A stretch of 64,000 nucleotides of DNA from Fonticula alba ATCC 38817 (lineage: Eukaryota > Protista > Nucleariida). Location: the NCBI GenBank assembly GCA_000388065.2, contig KB932201.1; one strand, written 5' to 3'. Under the pieces are notes generated by a model, which was not told the DNA's origin, made no database searches, and saw only the letters and a list, made by a program, of their open reading frames with translations. How positions within the stretch are numbered: position 1 is the first letter of the stretch; every line of letters starts with the position of its first letter. Position numbers and translations under genes: made by a program. Below, piece after piece: positions 23,587 through 36,500 of the stretch.

Positions 23587-25692
23587 ACAGGTGGGGGGAG
23601 GAGGGAGAGGGGGGGGGGGGGCAGCATGTATGTAGGAGCTGATGTGCCGAGCCCCTGTCGCCCTCCGCCTCGGCAATTCTACCACGCACCGGCACCTTCA
23701 GCCTCGGGAGTCTCCTCGGAAACTTCTGGCATGTCCAGGTAGTCGTCCTCATCATCCTCATCATCGTCAGCGTTGTCAGCCTGCTCGGTACCCTTGGTGC
23801 TGGGCATGGTGGTCTCCGACTCCGCAGGGGCATCGGACTTCTCAGCATCCTGCTCATCGGCGGTCGCAGGGGTCGATGTGGGCATTTCGACGTCCCAGGT
23901 GATGACGGTCGGCGTGCGCTGGACCCGATCCAGGATTTGGTCCAGCTCGCGGAAGTGGCCGGTCTCCACCATGCGATCGGCCTCATCCAGCACCAAGAAG
24001 CGCACCGACGAGTAGAGATCCTGCAGGAAAGGATGGCGGTCCTCGATCAGCTCCCACAGACGGCCTGGGGTAGCCACGATGACCGACGGCCGGGCGCGCA
24101 GCTGGCGATCCTGCTTCTGAGTGGACAGGCCACCCACGAGGGCCATGATGCGCAGGTCGGTGGCGAACTTGGCCACGGCGCAGAGGTGGTCGCGGACTGC
24201 CCGCGCGCATGGATGTGTATGGGTCAGTGACTGGACCAAGCAGCAAGAAGGAGCACGAGACCGGATATAGAAGACATGAAAGGGGAGGACGAGGGGGCGA
24301 GACAAGTCAAAGGGAGAGGCAGAGGGCCGGAGAGGCGGAGAGGGAGGGAGGGGACGCACCCTGAAGGGCCAATTCACGGGTGGGCGTGATGATAAGGAAC
24401 TCCGGGCCACGGAGAACCGGCGGAGTGGCCAAACCATCGCGCAGGTTCAGCAGTCGCGAGAGGATGGGCACACCGAAGGCCAGAGTCTTACCGGAGCCGG
24501 TCTCGGCAGAGCCAATCAAGTCGCTGTTGAGGGAAGGGCGGAGAGCAAGGGGGGGGGGGGGGGGGGGAGAGCGAGAGAGCACGCCCGGGAAAGAGGTGGG
24601 GAAACGGACGGAAAGGATATCGGTTGGCACATGCGCGCAAAGGAAAGGGGAAGATACATCAGAGACGGGGAGGCCCCTGGCGACGCACCGACCATCACGC
24701 AGAGCCACACGCAGAGAGGCCGCCTGGATGGGCGTCGGCTTGAGGAACTTCAGCGCACGCAGGCCGTCCAAGATCAACGGGTGGATGGCCTCGCCGGTGG
24801 GGACGGACTCGACGCTGTCATCCAACTGGACAATCGAATGCTGAGTACGGCGCTGGTTCTTGGGGCCGCGGGCCAGCGCATGGTCCACATACTCCAGCTC
24901 GGCCTCGGAGGGCGGCGCGGTCAGGGCCTCGACCCAGGGCGAGACATCCACATCGTGGAGAGTCTCGCGCTCGGCGGCCAGCTGGTCCAGATGCTCGGCC
25001 CAGGTGACCTTGGGCTGCTTCTTCTTGGAAGAGGTGCTGGTGGCGGTGGCATCAGCGGCAGAAGCAGAAGCACCGGCATCGCTGCCGGCAGGGGAGGCAG
25101 CACGCTCGGCCCGGCGCTGGCGCATCGCACGTGCGCGCTCCAGCAGGCTTTGGTGGTACGCGCTCAGAGGAGCCTCGGGCTCCTGGGGCTCCTCAAGGGC
25201 GTCGACGAATTCCTCCTGGTCGGAATCAACCTCCCCGGCGGGGGGGGCAGGGGACTTGGTGTCGAGCTCGGCCTCCGGCGGGGTGTCCTGCTTGGGCTTC
25301 TTGGGCTTCCTCTCCTTCTTCTTCTTGGGCTTCTTGGCTTGCTTGTCTTGCTGCTTGGGCTCGGGGGCATCCTCGGACCCGGGGCCGGCCTCGGGGGCAG
25401 CCGCGGCCGGGGCATCGGCCTTCTTGCCGGGGGCTTCCGGCAGGTTGATGCCATAGAAAGCCGTGAAGGCCTCGGGACTGAGCTCCTCGATGCCGGTGAC
25501 GCAGGACCCATCATCTGCGCCTCCAAGGAAGAGGTCCTCCATGTTGCCGAAGGAGACCCACGAATCGTCGGCCATGCTCAGGTAGCCCTTGTTGGTCGGG
25601 ACGCCAGACCCGGCACTGGTGGCGGCCTTGGGCTTCTTGGCCTTGGTGGCTCGCTTTTGGGGGGCGGCAGCCTGCCGTTTGGTGCTGCTCAT
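21825..25692 (-). CDS. DDX24: ATP-dependent DEAD-box RNA helicase DDX24/Mak5; join(25692..24689,24523..24360,24196..23690,23418..23106,22886..22532,22358..21825), 958 aa
   Basis: Q motif [32 protein letters not shown], long acidic insert before [27 protein letters not shown] (DDX24/Mak5-type motif VI) and a basic C-terminal tail. Exons sum to 2877 nt. Confidence 0.9.
23512..23585. repeat. (TG)37 microsatellite in DDX24 intron 3
   Basis: Perfect TG run. Confidence 0.95.
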
Positions 25693-28600
25693 GGCTCTTT
25701 CGGCTTCGAGGGAGGGGCGGCGGGAATCCGCGGGGAGGGGGGGGGGGAGATAGAAGGGGTGCCAGAAGGAAAGAACGAGAACAAGAAAGAGAGAGGGAGA
25801 GAGGGAGAGGGAGGGGGAGGGGTCGTGGGCAAGGTAGGTGGTGACTGGTTCAGGAAACGGAGAGAAAGAAAGCCAGCTGAAGAGGGCNNNNNNNNNNNNN
25901 NNNNNNNNNNNNNNNNNNNNNNNNNNNNNNNNNNNNNNNNNNNNNNNNNNNNNNNNNNNNGGGGGGGGGACTTCATACGGGAAGCATGGCCTTCAATCAC
26001 TCTCCTCCGGAGGGCAGGACGCCGGGCAGGCACGCCCGGGGCAGCCAGCATGTGGCAACACCCTTTCCGCCAGAAGACAGGGCATCACGAACGGTCTCCT
26101 CCACCCGCGAGACCCACTTGGGGCCACCCAAGGATGTTCGGCACCCGACGCAGGGAATCCGCCTGCTGGGAGCCCCCCCCCCCCCCCGCCCCTCCGCCGG
26201 GGGGGGAGGTGGTCCTTCCCTGATCGAAAGCGCCCATGCAACGCGCCATGCTGCGACCGGGTGGGTGGTTCGAGTGTCCTGTTCGTTGGCACCTGGAGGG
26301 GTGTGAAGGAGACTCGTGGCTAGTGATGGCGTGATCATCAATCAGCATCAGATGCCGACATGAAGTCGGGCCGTTGTTCTTGAGCCTTTGGATCACATGG
26401 ATGGTTCTGATGGGTTCGTTGTTCCTCCCTTCATTTCCGACATGCTGGAACCGTGAGGCGGGGCCCGCACTCGAGCGGGGCGGAAGGCGGGCAATGCGCC
26501 CCTAGGGAGGCAAGCCCGCACGGATCCCCCCCCTCCCGCCCCCAAGCACAAGGGGCGGCTGGGGGGGGGGGGGGGGGGGGCCTTGACAGATGTGTGGCCG
26601 AGGGGGATTGCCCAGCCCCTCCTGTTGTGGGGGCAAGCGGGGCACAGACCCCGGTCTCTCTGCCCGCGGCCCTGGGCAGTGTGGCGGGCCGGGCCGGGCC
26701 GGGCCGGGCCGGAGATCAGAGCGGGGGCCGCCTTTTCCGGGATCGACACGTCGCCCTGACAGCACGCCCAACCCGGCGGGCCGAGATCCGGTCGAGGGGG
26801 CCGACCCCCCAGGCCCGTGAGCACGCGCCAGCCACCGGAGCGAACTCCATATGACGGTGGGCAAGCGCGAATGTTCAACTGACGCCAATGTGCCGTGGGC
26901 TCAAGCGCCCGCCGGGGCAAGGCGAGTACAACGAGTCCGCCCCGGCCCACGCGCGCGCGCGCCTGCCCGTCAGATCTGTCCTTCGCGTTGCGCAAGTCGG
27001 CGCAGCTTCGGGCCATGATCTTCTCTCCCCGACATCTCAAGGGTGAAGGGGGCCTGGGCCATCGGACCACCGCCGCGAGCGACAACCGATTCCCCTCGGG
27101 CCGCAGGCCGGCCTGGGCTCGACCGGCGCCGGCCAGACCGTCAGAGGGGGCTCAGATGGCATGAGCCTCGGACCACGGGCGTCGCACTCGGTACTGATGC
27201 GACGCCACACACGAGGCGGACCATCTTGCCAGAGTCTGGGGGGGGGGGGGGGAGGCAGGGCGGGGACAAACGACGTTCCAGCCTGTACTGGCCCCCGGAC
27301 CCCTACTGAAGCTGGGAGGTCTCGGACACGGCCCCCGGGGTGCCGGGACACTCCCGCGTGCCCGTGCGAAAGAGGAGCCCCAGGCTGAATGCAATCGGCG
27401 AAGAGCAGAGTGGGAAATTGAATTCCGCAGTGCCGCATGTAAGTCAGCTGAGGCATCGGGGGCAGAGGCGGGGCAGTGGAACCGGTTCTCCCACCACCTG
27501 GTGCGTGGGCCTCGCGGGCCCGCTGGGGCCCCCAAACGCACGGAAGACAGAGACGGGGCGGGCGGGCGGGGGGGGGGGGGGGGGGGAACAGATCGGAAAG
27601 AGGCAAATGATGATCCGCGGGGCACCGGCTCTCGGACCGATGGACGATGTCAAGGCCCAAGGCCAGTTGGTCTGGAGGGGGGGGGGGGCGGACCGTTGGA
27701 CCTTGAAAACGGGGGTTCGCCAGCGCCACGAGCCGCACCCCTTCCCAACACGACCAGGGCCGTGTTTGTCGCAGGGCGGGGCGTGTAGATGCCTCTGCGC
27801 GCCCCGGCCAGTCACACCCTTTCCGGAGCAGCTCAACACACCTGCAGAACCACTCGCCCTTGCGCCCCGGAGTGGGAGGGGGGGAGGGGCGGAGGGGCAC
27901 AGAGGCCGGGTCGGTCGCGCGGGCTACAGGTATTTGAAGGACCCCAGGGAGCGCGGCCCGCTGGCGGACATCGGCCAGGGGGAGATGCCATCCCACGCAA
28001 CAGGGTGGTGCTGACTTTTTCTTCTTTTTTTTTTTTCAGACCACCGCTTGGGGAGGAGGCTGGGAGATTGCCCCGAGACATACTTGCCGCGGCGCCGAGA
28101 GGCCTGCCCTTGGCCGGCACTTTTGTTCCTAGGGTGCCTGGACCCGCCCCCCCCCCCCTCCCGAAGCGGCCGCGTGTCTTCGGTTATATTCCCCGGGGCT
28201 GGGAGGTGCCGCCGAGCCGGGCAGGGCCTCTCGTGCCTCCCCAGTCCTCGAGGCCCCGCGGGACGGGCATGGAGCGCGCGAACGGGCGGCGCTCGTCTGG
28301 GGAGGCCCCCCCGCCTCACATCTTCCGGTGGGCATGCGCACGTACGCGCGCGGATGAAAAACTCGCGCCCGGGAGGGGGGGGGGGGGGCGGGGCTTCCTA
28401 GCCTGGCCGAGAGAACCGGCCCGGCAGTTCTCGGCCCCCTTCAGCCAGCTCAGGCGAAAAACGCGCACCGAAACACCCAGGCCGACAAGATGCCCCTGCC
28501 TAATCGAGCGTGGCGGCATGCCGAGCACGAGACGAAGGCCGGAATGCCGGCACACTCTATTCTCTCACGACCGTCAGGCCGCCACCGAACCCGGGGGAGA

Positions 28601-30176
28601 CAGGGGGGAGGGGGACAAGGTCTCGGCCAAACTCCAGGCCCCAGTCACAGTCGCGGCCGCCTCGGGGGGCCGGGCATCGGGGCGACGTTGCGGGTCCTCG
28701 GGGACGCCAGGATCCGGCGGGCCGCCCGACCGGCCGCCGAGCGATTCTCGAGGCCCGCCCCCCCCCCCCCCGCATCTCCCGGCCCCGCTACGAACAGAAG
28801 AGGGTGCGGGGGGAGGGGGGGGGGCACTGCTCGCGCATGGGCCCAAAATGTGGATATTGCCGCCAAGCCCCCCCGGAGGGGCAGATCGACTCACGCCCAA
28901 CGGCCTGGCGCCGAGTCGCGCCCCTCTCCTCCACAAGGTTCCGCGCGCGCGCGCGCGCGCGCGTGGAGGGGGGTGCAAAAATAAAAGCAACAAACTGGCG
29001 GATCGCCCCCACCTTGCGCCGGCCAGGCCGCCCGGCCTCAGCGGCAGGTCGTCCGGGGGGGGGAGGGGCGGGGAGGGACCGCTCCACGCCGGATCCGGCG
29101 ATCCGCGCCCGGCTGACACCGCCGAAGAGGCCCCGGTGTGGCCCCAGGGTCCAGGCCTCCTCCCGAGGAAAGGAGGAAGACAGAACCGCCCTCCCCTCAA
29201 GCAGCCCTGAAACGGTGATGGCCCGGCGGGGAGTCGACGCGAAAGGGGGAACATTCAACGAGAAATGAAAAAATATATATTGTTTTATGTTTTCTTCGCA
29301 AGATGGGTGCATGAGTTGGAGGCTGCTTCTGGGCCTTCGGCTGGCCTGGCTCGTCCCCACTGCGACGGGCAGCGCTGGGCTGCCTGCCTGCAGAGGAGCC
29401 GGCCGGGGGCGACTGCACAACACGTCCAGGCATACCACTCCCGCGCGGCTCGGTGCTCTGCCCTCCCCCCCCCCCCGCCGCCCCCTGGCTGGAGACCCCT
29501 CCCTCAGCGAGGGGCAGGAGCCCGGAGAAAAAGGGGTCCCAATTCTTAGCCCCCCTTCCCCGCCCAGGTCTTCTCGTTGTGGCTCCCATCTGTGGGGGCG
29601 GGGGGCGGGGCCGGGGGCCAGAAGCCGCAAGTCCAGGATGCGTTCTCCCTCGGCCTCCCCCCCCCCCCCGACCCGATGATGCGAGGAGGAGGCACAAATG
29701 CACAAACGGGCGGACGGATGAAGCGGCGAGGGGGGGGGGGGGGGGTAATGCACCCCACCAGGTGGGCCTTGAGATCCTGGGCCCCACTTTTCCGTGTGCG
29801 CCCTCCCTGACCGGGCGTCGCGGCAGATTGCCATCTACCATCACCATTTCCCTCCCCCTCTGTCCCCTCCCCTCGGCCTTCCCCTATCCGTCTCCTCTGT
29901 CTACTCCCCCCCCCTCTCTCTCTCTCCCCCTGCCCCTTTCGTCCCCCTTCCCCCTCCTCTCCTTCCCTCTCTGTCCCTCCCACCGCACCGGCCTTCGATT
30001 GTCCCCGCTCCGTGTGCTCCTCTCCTCCCTCTCTTCTCTTGAGAGCCCCGCGCTCCACACGGCACGGAGAGAGCGCCTGCTGGCTGGCTGCGCCGCTGCT
30101 GCCGCTGCCGCCCCCGTCTCCCCCCTCTCCCCACTGCACTTGCCGATTGTAGGCCTTCTGCCTCTCGCCGCCCACC

Positions 30177-30548
30177 ATGTCGTCCGAGCGGCGACTCCAA
30201 CGCGCCTCGGCTGAAGCTGGCGGCCCTCGACTGGCGTCTCCCAGCTCGTCCATGGCCGCGGCTTTGCCCGGCTCCGGCGGCAAGCAGCCAGCCCCGGCCG
30301 GCGACTCGGATCCGATCGCCGATCCGTCCATTCCCCGGGCCTTCGGCCACACTGCCCCGGATTTCCTGGACCTGGCGGCCACACTGCTGCTACAGCTGCA
30401 CCGCGACGTTGATGAGGACATTTTGCAGATCGCCGCCCAGAACCTGATTGCCCGGTCGCAAAGGTGCGTCGTACCCCCTCCTCTCGCCCCCTTGGCTGTG
30501 TGCCGTCTCCTTGGCGACACACCTTTTTGGCTTCCCGATTGTCCACGC

Positions 30549-30580
<32 letters not shown>

Positions 30581-33500
30581 CCCGCCCGCTGTGTCTCTCT
30601 AATGTGCCTGCCTGCCATTCCATTCCCATCTGCCTGGACGCATGCTCGGCCGCTCTTCTCAAAGTGCCTTCAAGAAGCAGTCACACTGGCTGCGGCGCGT
30701 GTCCGGGCAGCTCAATGTCGGCCCGCATCTGTCCTTCAAGAACCTCCTCGAATCGGACTTCATCCATCTGGAGACCTTTCTCAGTGATTTGACCATCTTC
30801 TCCAGCCGCACGCTGGATCCCGACGCCATCGATGCCGTGCGCAGTGCCGCCAGTCGCCTCATTGTGGCAAGGTATGGTTTCCCCTTCCCGTGCTGGGCCC
30901 CTTCTCCCGTCCCCCCCCCTCCTCCTCTCCTCTTGGTGATGGCCATCGCTAACCTCTCCCCGCCTCTCCATCTCGCTCCCTCCCCCCCTCCCTCCCTCCC
31001 CCCCTCTCTCTCTCTCTTGCCTGTATATCGCCTCTTTTGTAGCTGCCTGGCCGTGGATGTGGCGCACTTCACCTTCCTCTCGATCCTGCCCCGCGACTCA
31101 GATCTCTGCCTCTACTTTTGTGCCCTCTGTAATGAGGCCCTGCTGGCCGTCGTTTCGGCAACCGCCAATTGCGAGGACACGCGCCATGTGAAGGAGAGCC
31201 TGGCCGTGTCTTTTAACAAGGCGTCGGTCTTCATCGCTCGGTTCGTGCCTGCGCCAAGCACCTCGCCCCCCCTCCTCGCTCCCTTCATGCTCCTTGGCTT
31301 CCTGCGTGCCTTCCTCTCCCCTATCTAGCTGGATCTCTCCTGCTGACTGCGTGCCTCTTTCGCCCACTGCTCCAAAGGCTGGCCGAATCTTGCTCGCTTG
31401 TGTCGGTGCAGACCACCAGCACGCCGGCCCTCGAGTCCGAGCTCAACGGCTTTTTCGATCGGCTGAGTCTCGTCAACAAAACCCTCATGCGCAACATCGA
31501 GATGTACGCCGCCATTCCCAACATGCCCAATGCCTCTTCCTCCCACCTCTCTCTCCCTTTCTCTCTCTCGGTCCCTCTCCCCTCTTTCTTCCTTTGCGTG
31601 CCCCCTTCCCTGCCATCCCCCTCCCGCCCGGTTGCTGACACATCCATATGCCTGTCCACAGCTATCTCTCCGACAAGAGCGAAAATCCGAGCACGCACCG
31701 ACAGGTGTTCCGCACCATTCAGGTACGTCTTTCCCTGCGCCTCCTCCTGCCCCTTCCGCCCCATGCTTGTCATTTCACTTGCTGTCCCTTCTAACACCAG
31801 TCACTTTCCCCCCCCCCCCCCCCCCCCCAGGAAATCCATCTTCTCATTTCCGATCTGCACGCGGTGGTCCAGCGCGAGCTCCAACGCTTGCGGCACTCCG
31901 GCTTCCTCGGCTTCTTCCTGCATACGCTCGAGCACTCGGGCCGACTCCTCGATCGCCTCTCGGCCCGTGAAATCGCCACGCGCATGGAGGAGATCCGTGC
32001 CATTGCGGCCACCCTGCAGGATCGGCGCTTTGAGCGGTGCCGCTCGGCCCTGGCGGCCGTGGCCCAGGCCGGCTCGTCCACCGTGAACCTCTCGCATTTT
32101 TCTCTCTTCAGCAGCAGCACCGGCATCAATGCCCTGGGCTCTACCTCGCACCTGGGGTCCAGTTTGGTTCTGTCATCGCTTGCAGCCATGGAGCCAGCTG
32201 GCAGTGGGGCTGGTATGGCCCAAATGGCCCCGATCCGGCCGCTGGAAAAGGTGACCACCATTCCCGAGGAAGAGGAGGAGGAGGAGGAGGACGACGGTGT
32301 TGCCGACGAGGAGGACGAGGAGGAGCATCTTGCCTCGACGGCTCCCGAGTCCGACAGTGCCCCGGGGAGTCCGTACATGCTGGCGGGCAGCGGCCATTTG
32401 GCCGCCATGTCTCGCGGCGTCCCGGGCAGTCCCTCGGTTGCCATCTCCTCCATGGCCGAGGAGGATGGCGAGGAGGATGACATCCGGGCCTCTCTCCTGG
32501 TGCAGTCCCATGCCCCGGCCGCGGCTTCGGCTCTGCCCCCGTCATTGCGCGTCAAGACCTCGCTCGACCCACTGGCCGTGGCCGCGGCTGCCGGCAACAC
32601 ATCGAACCCCTCGTCGCCGGCCATGCGGCCGCCGAATCGCTTCCCCGGGGAGGATGACTCACCTTCCGGGGATTCCTTCTCGGCCACAGACTATGACAGT
32701 CAATTGTCGACCCCGATGCTCGGTGTTCCGGAGCACCTGCCCCTGGCACCGCATCGAAGCATGAGCAATCACTCGCTCAAGGACACCGTGCGTGCCCCTG
32801 CCCCTCCTCTCCCCCTGGCCATCCTCTTTGTGCCCTCCTCCGGCCTCTTTATCCGTGCCTTTGGCGGCGGGCTTTGGCTCTCGTGCACGCGCTAACTTGC
32901 CCCTCCCCATGTGCTCTCCATCATGGCAGGCCGGACTCGTGCCGCTGGTCGCCTCTTCAAACAGCGCGGAGCACTTGCGTGCGTCCTCTCCTGCGCCGCT
33001 GTCCCCCGGCAGTGTGTCCCACTCGCAGCGCGTGCCACGCTCCTCGCTGTCCGGGTCTGTGTCTCCTTCGCCCTCCAGCGGGGGGCTGGTCCTTCAGTCC
33101 TCCAGCTCGGCGGCCAGGCTGGACGACTCGCGCGGGGGCGCCCTCACCCCCGGGGGGGCCTCGCCTGGCAGTAGTTCCTCGCAGCTGCTGGCTTCGGTTC
33201 GCTTGGCGTCCAGTGGCTCGGAGCAGTCTCTCTCGATCGGTGGTGCTCCTGAGACTGCCGTCGGCAGCCAGCTCAAGCGCCGGCGGTCGCGCGTGTATGT
33301 CCTCGGCCGGGCCTCCGCTCGGCCTGACTTGGGCCCTTCGCCAGCGCCCATCATCACCATCCCCCACTCCGGTGGCGATGGCGCTCCCCTGTCAGCGGCC
33401 GATCTTCCCCCGAAGGTGTCCAGCCCGACATCCATCACTCGTTCCATCACTTCGCCCAGCAGTCCGATCACCCCTCTGGTGTCTGGCCAACTGATGGGAT

Positions 33501-36500
33501 CCCATTCGACGGAAGCCCTGCCTGGGGCCCTCGGCGGGGTGCCCGGCAGCCCGCGCACGCCATCCGTCCCGACATCCGGCCTCAGTGCCCGGTCAACCCC
33601 CTCGCTGCCACTGCGATCGCCATCCCGCCACTCGTTGGACTCGGATCTGGACCTGCTTGATGGTTTTGGCGGTACCGCCGGCATTCCCGGAAGCGGGCTC
33701 ATCTCCACCGCATCATCCACCACCAACCTGGCCGGAACCTCCGCCGAGTATGCCACGCTCATGAGTGCGGACATCGAGCGGGCTCTGGGTCAAGGGGCCC
33801 TCCTGTCGTCCGGTGGCTGTGTCGGCTCGGCTGCCACCTCGGCGATCAACACCGGCGTGACGGCTCCCTCCTCCGACATCATCCTCGAACGCGGGGACCT
33901 GGAATTCATGAATGTCGTGGCCTCCTTCCAGCAGCAGTCGCAGGAAGGGACCACCATGCCCCCGGAGCGGTGGTACCTGCCGGGCCTCGGGCCCAACAAC
34001 ATCTGGAATGAGACGGACTCGGTGCAGATCTTCCACCCGACCACGGATGAATGGGCTGTTCACTCGGCCAAGTTCAACAGCCTGGTCATCTTCCTGACCT
34101 CGCCTTATCATCTGACTTATGCGTCGAGCCAGAACTTCCTGAATGTCTTCCTGCTTACCCTGCAGTTGTTCTCGTCGCCGAGTCTCTTCCTGGAGAAGCT
34201 CGTCGAGCGGTGCGTGCTCTGTTCTCTTGGCTTGCTCCTCCTCCTTCTCTTCTTCTTCTTCTTCTTCTTTTTGGCCACACGTGCCCCTCTCCCTTTCCCT
34301 GCCTTTGCATGTCCTGACGTTCGCTGCTCTTTGCCCGGCTCTCCCTCTCCAGGTTCAATGTCCCGCCCTGCCCGAGCCACATCAACCCTGTTCTCTATCA
34401 GATTCAGGTCGTTGATCCGGTCCAAACGCTGGTCTGTAACATCCTGTGCGTTGTGGCCTGCTCTTTTGGCCGTTTCTCTTGCCCGCCAGAGTCCCCCCCC
34501 CCCCCCCCCGGTGCTCTGTCTCCGGTTCATCTGTCCATCTCTCCATTTCCCAGCTGGACCAATCTCTGACCGACATCCCTCTGCCTCCCACCCCCTCCCG
34601 CTCGCTCTTTTACCTTGGCCACACAACTACGCACGCACACTCTCATGCAGTGAGCGCTGGATCGCGGAGGGGCTCCAGTTTGATATCATCCCCCTGCCGG
34701 AAATCATCGACGACGTGCGGCGTTTCATCGCCCAGGAAATTCACAGTTTCGAGCCGGATCGAGCCAAGCGCATCTCCAGCTCCCTGCAAAAGATGGAGGA
34801 TAACTATGCCCATGGCTTGGCCCAGTTGGACTCATTGAAGCTCTGCTACCCGGAGCTGCGCCCGACGTCGCCCTTCTGCTCGACCTCCTTTGTCATGAAG
34901 ACCGGCCCTCGGTCGCTGGCACACCACCTCACTGCCATTGATGCGGATCTCTTCCGGGCCATCCGCCTGGCGGAGTTCACCGCCATCACGGACAAGCAGA
35001 GTTCCCCGAATTTGCAGCGCCTCATCACGCACACCAACCAGCTTACCAACTGGGTCATGCGCTGCATCCTTCGGGTGGACCTGGTTGAGATCCGCCGCAA
35101 GATGATCCTCTGCTTCTTCGAAGTCCTACAGGTGCGTCCTCGTCTTTCTGACTTCTTGCATTTGTGTGTCTGTGTGTGTGTGTAGACGTGGCTGCATGGC
35201 TTGCATATTGACTTTGCCTTGGCTGCCTCCGTTCCCTTGCATTTTCCTTTTCCTCTTCCCCTCCCCCCCCCCCCCTCGGCTTGATGCAGGAGCTTTATCT
35301 CCTGAAGAACTTCAATTCGCTGTTTGCCATCCACTGCGCCCTGTCGCACACATCCATCAGCCGTCTGGCACAAACCTTCCGCGGGCTGCGCACCCGCCAT
35401 ATGGCCCCCTACCGGCGCATCTCCGAGGTCTTCGCGATGGATAGCAACTACCGGAACTATCGGCCGATGCTGGCGTCGGTTCTCTCGCAGCCGGATCACT
35501 GCCGGCCGCCCGTCATCCCGGTCATCCCGATTCTCATGAGTGACTTGACCTTCATGCTGGAGGGCAATCAGACGCTGACAACCAAGCGACGCATCAACTG
35601 GCAGAAGTGCACCCTGCTGGGGAATGTCCTGCTGGACATTTCCCGTGCTCAGGCGGCTTCCATCTCCTATCGGAACATGCTGAGCCTCAATCTGCCTCGC
35701 ATCCTTTGGGAGCACATCCACGGGTCGTCCTCCTCGGATGCCGAGCTCTACCAGATGTCCTACGCGCTGGAGCCCCCGGACAATGGGTCCCACTCTCGGC
35801 AGTCATCCAGCAGTGGGTCCGGCATCCGGACCTCCCCTTCGCTCTCATCCTTGACCATGGGCGCGACCTTCAACTTGGGTGAGGGATCGCGCTTGAGCTT
35901 TGCCGGCTCCGGCTTCGGGTCCAATGGCGGCAGTGTGGCGCAGCGTGGTGGCAGTGGCTCCCACGGAACCGGCGGAGCCGGTGGCAACAGCAGCGGCTCC
36001 ACCTCGCGCCTGGGCTTCCTCACCTATCGCCGCCGGCCGCGGGCCTCGGTGGATGGGCTTTTCGAAGGAGGCGGCAGTTCCAGCGCTGGCGCCTCCCCAG
36101 TGCCCCCGTCGCCGACCGTGTCCGGCACCGGTCCCCACACCCCGGACCATGGTGCCAGCGACATGGTGAATGGATCTTCGGCCAGCGAAAATAAGCTCCG
36201 CCGGGCCCTGTCCCACTTGAATGGTCGCTCGCCCGGCTCCGGGCCCCGTGGCCCGACGCACCCTCCTCCCCCGGTGGCTGTACACGCCCGCCGGGTGTCG
36301 GAGCCGGTTTCCTCGCGCCCGCGTTCGGTCTTCATGATGGGCGGGTCGTCATCCTCCGGGCCGAATGCTGCACCGACGGCCACCGGCCGCACCGGATCCT
36401 TTGGGTCCTCCTCTTCCTCCTCCTCCTCAGGTGCAGGAGCCGGCATTGGCGGGGGCAGCACCCTGCGTCGGGTGTCGGAGCCCTCACCACGCCCAGCCTC

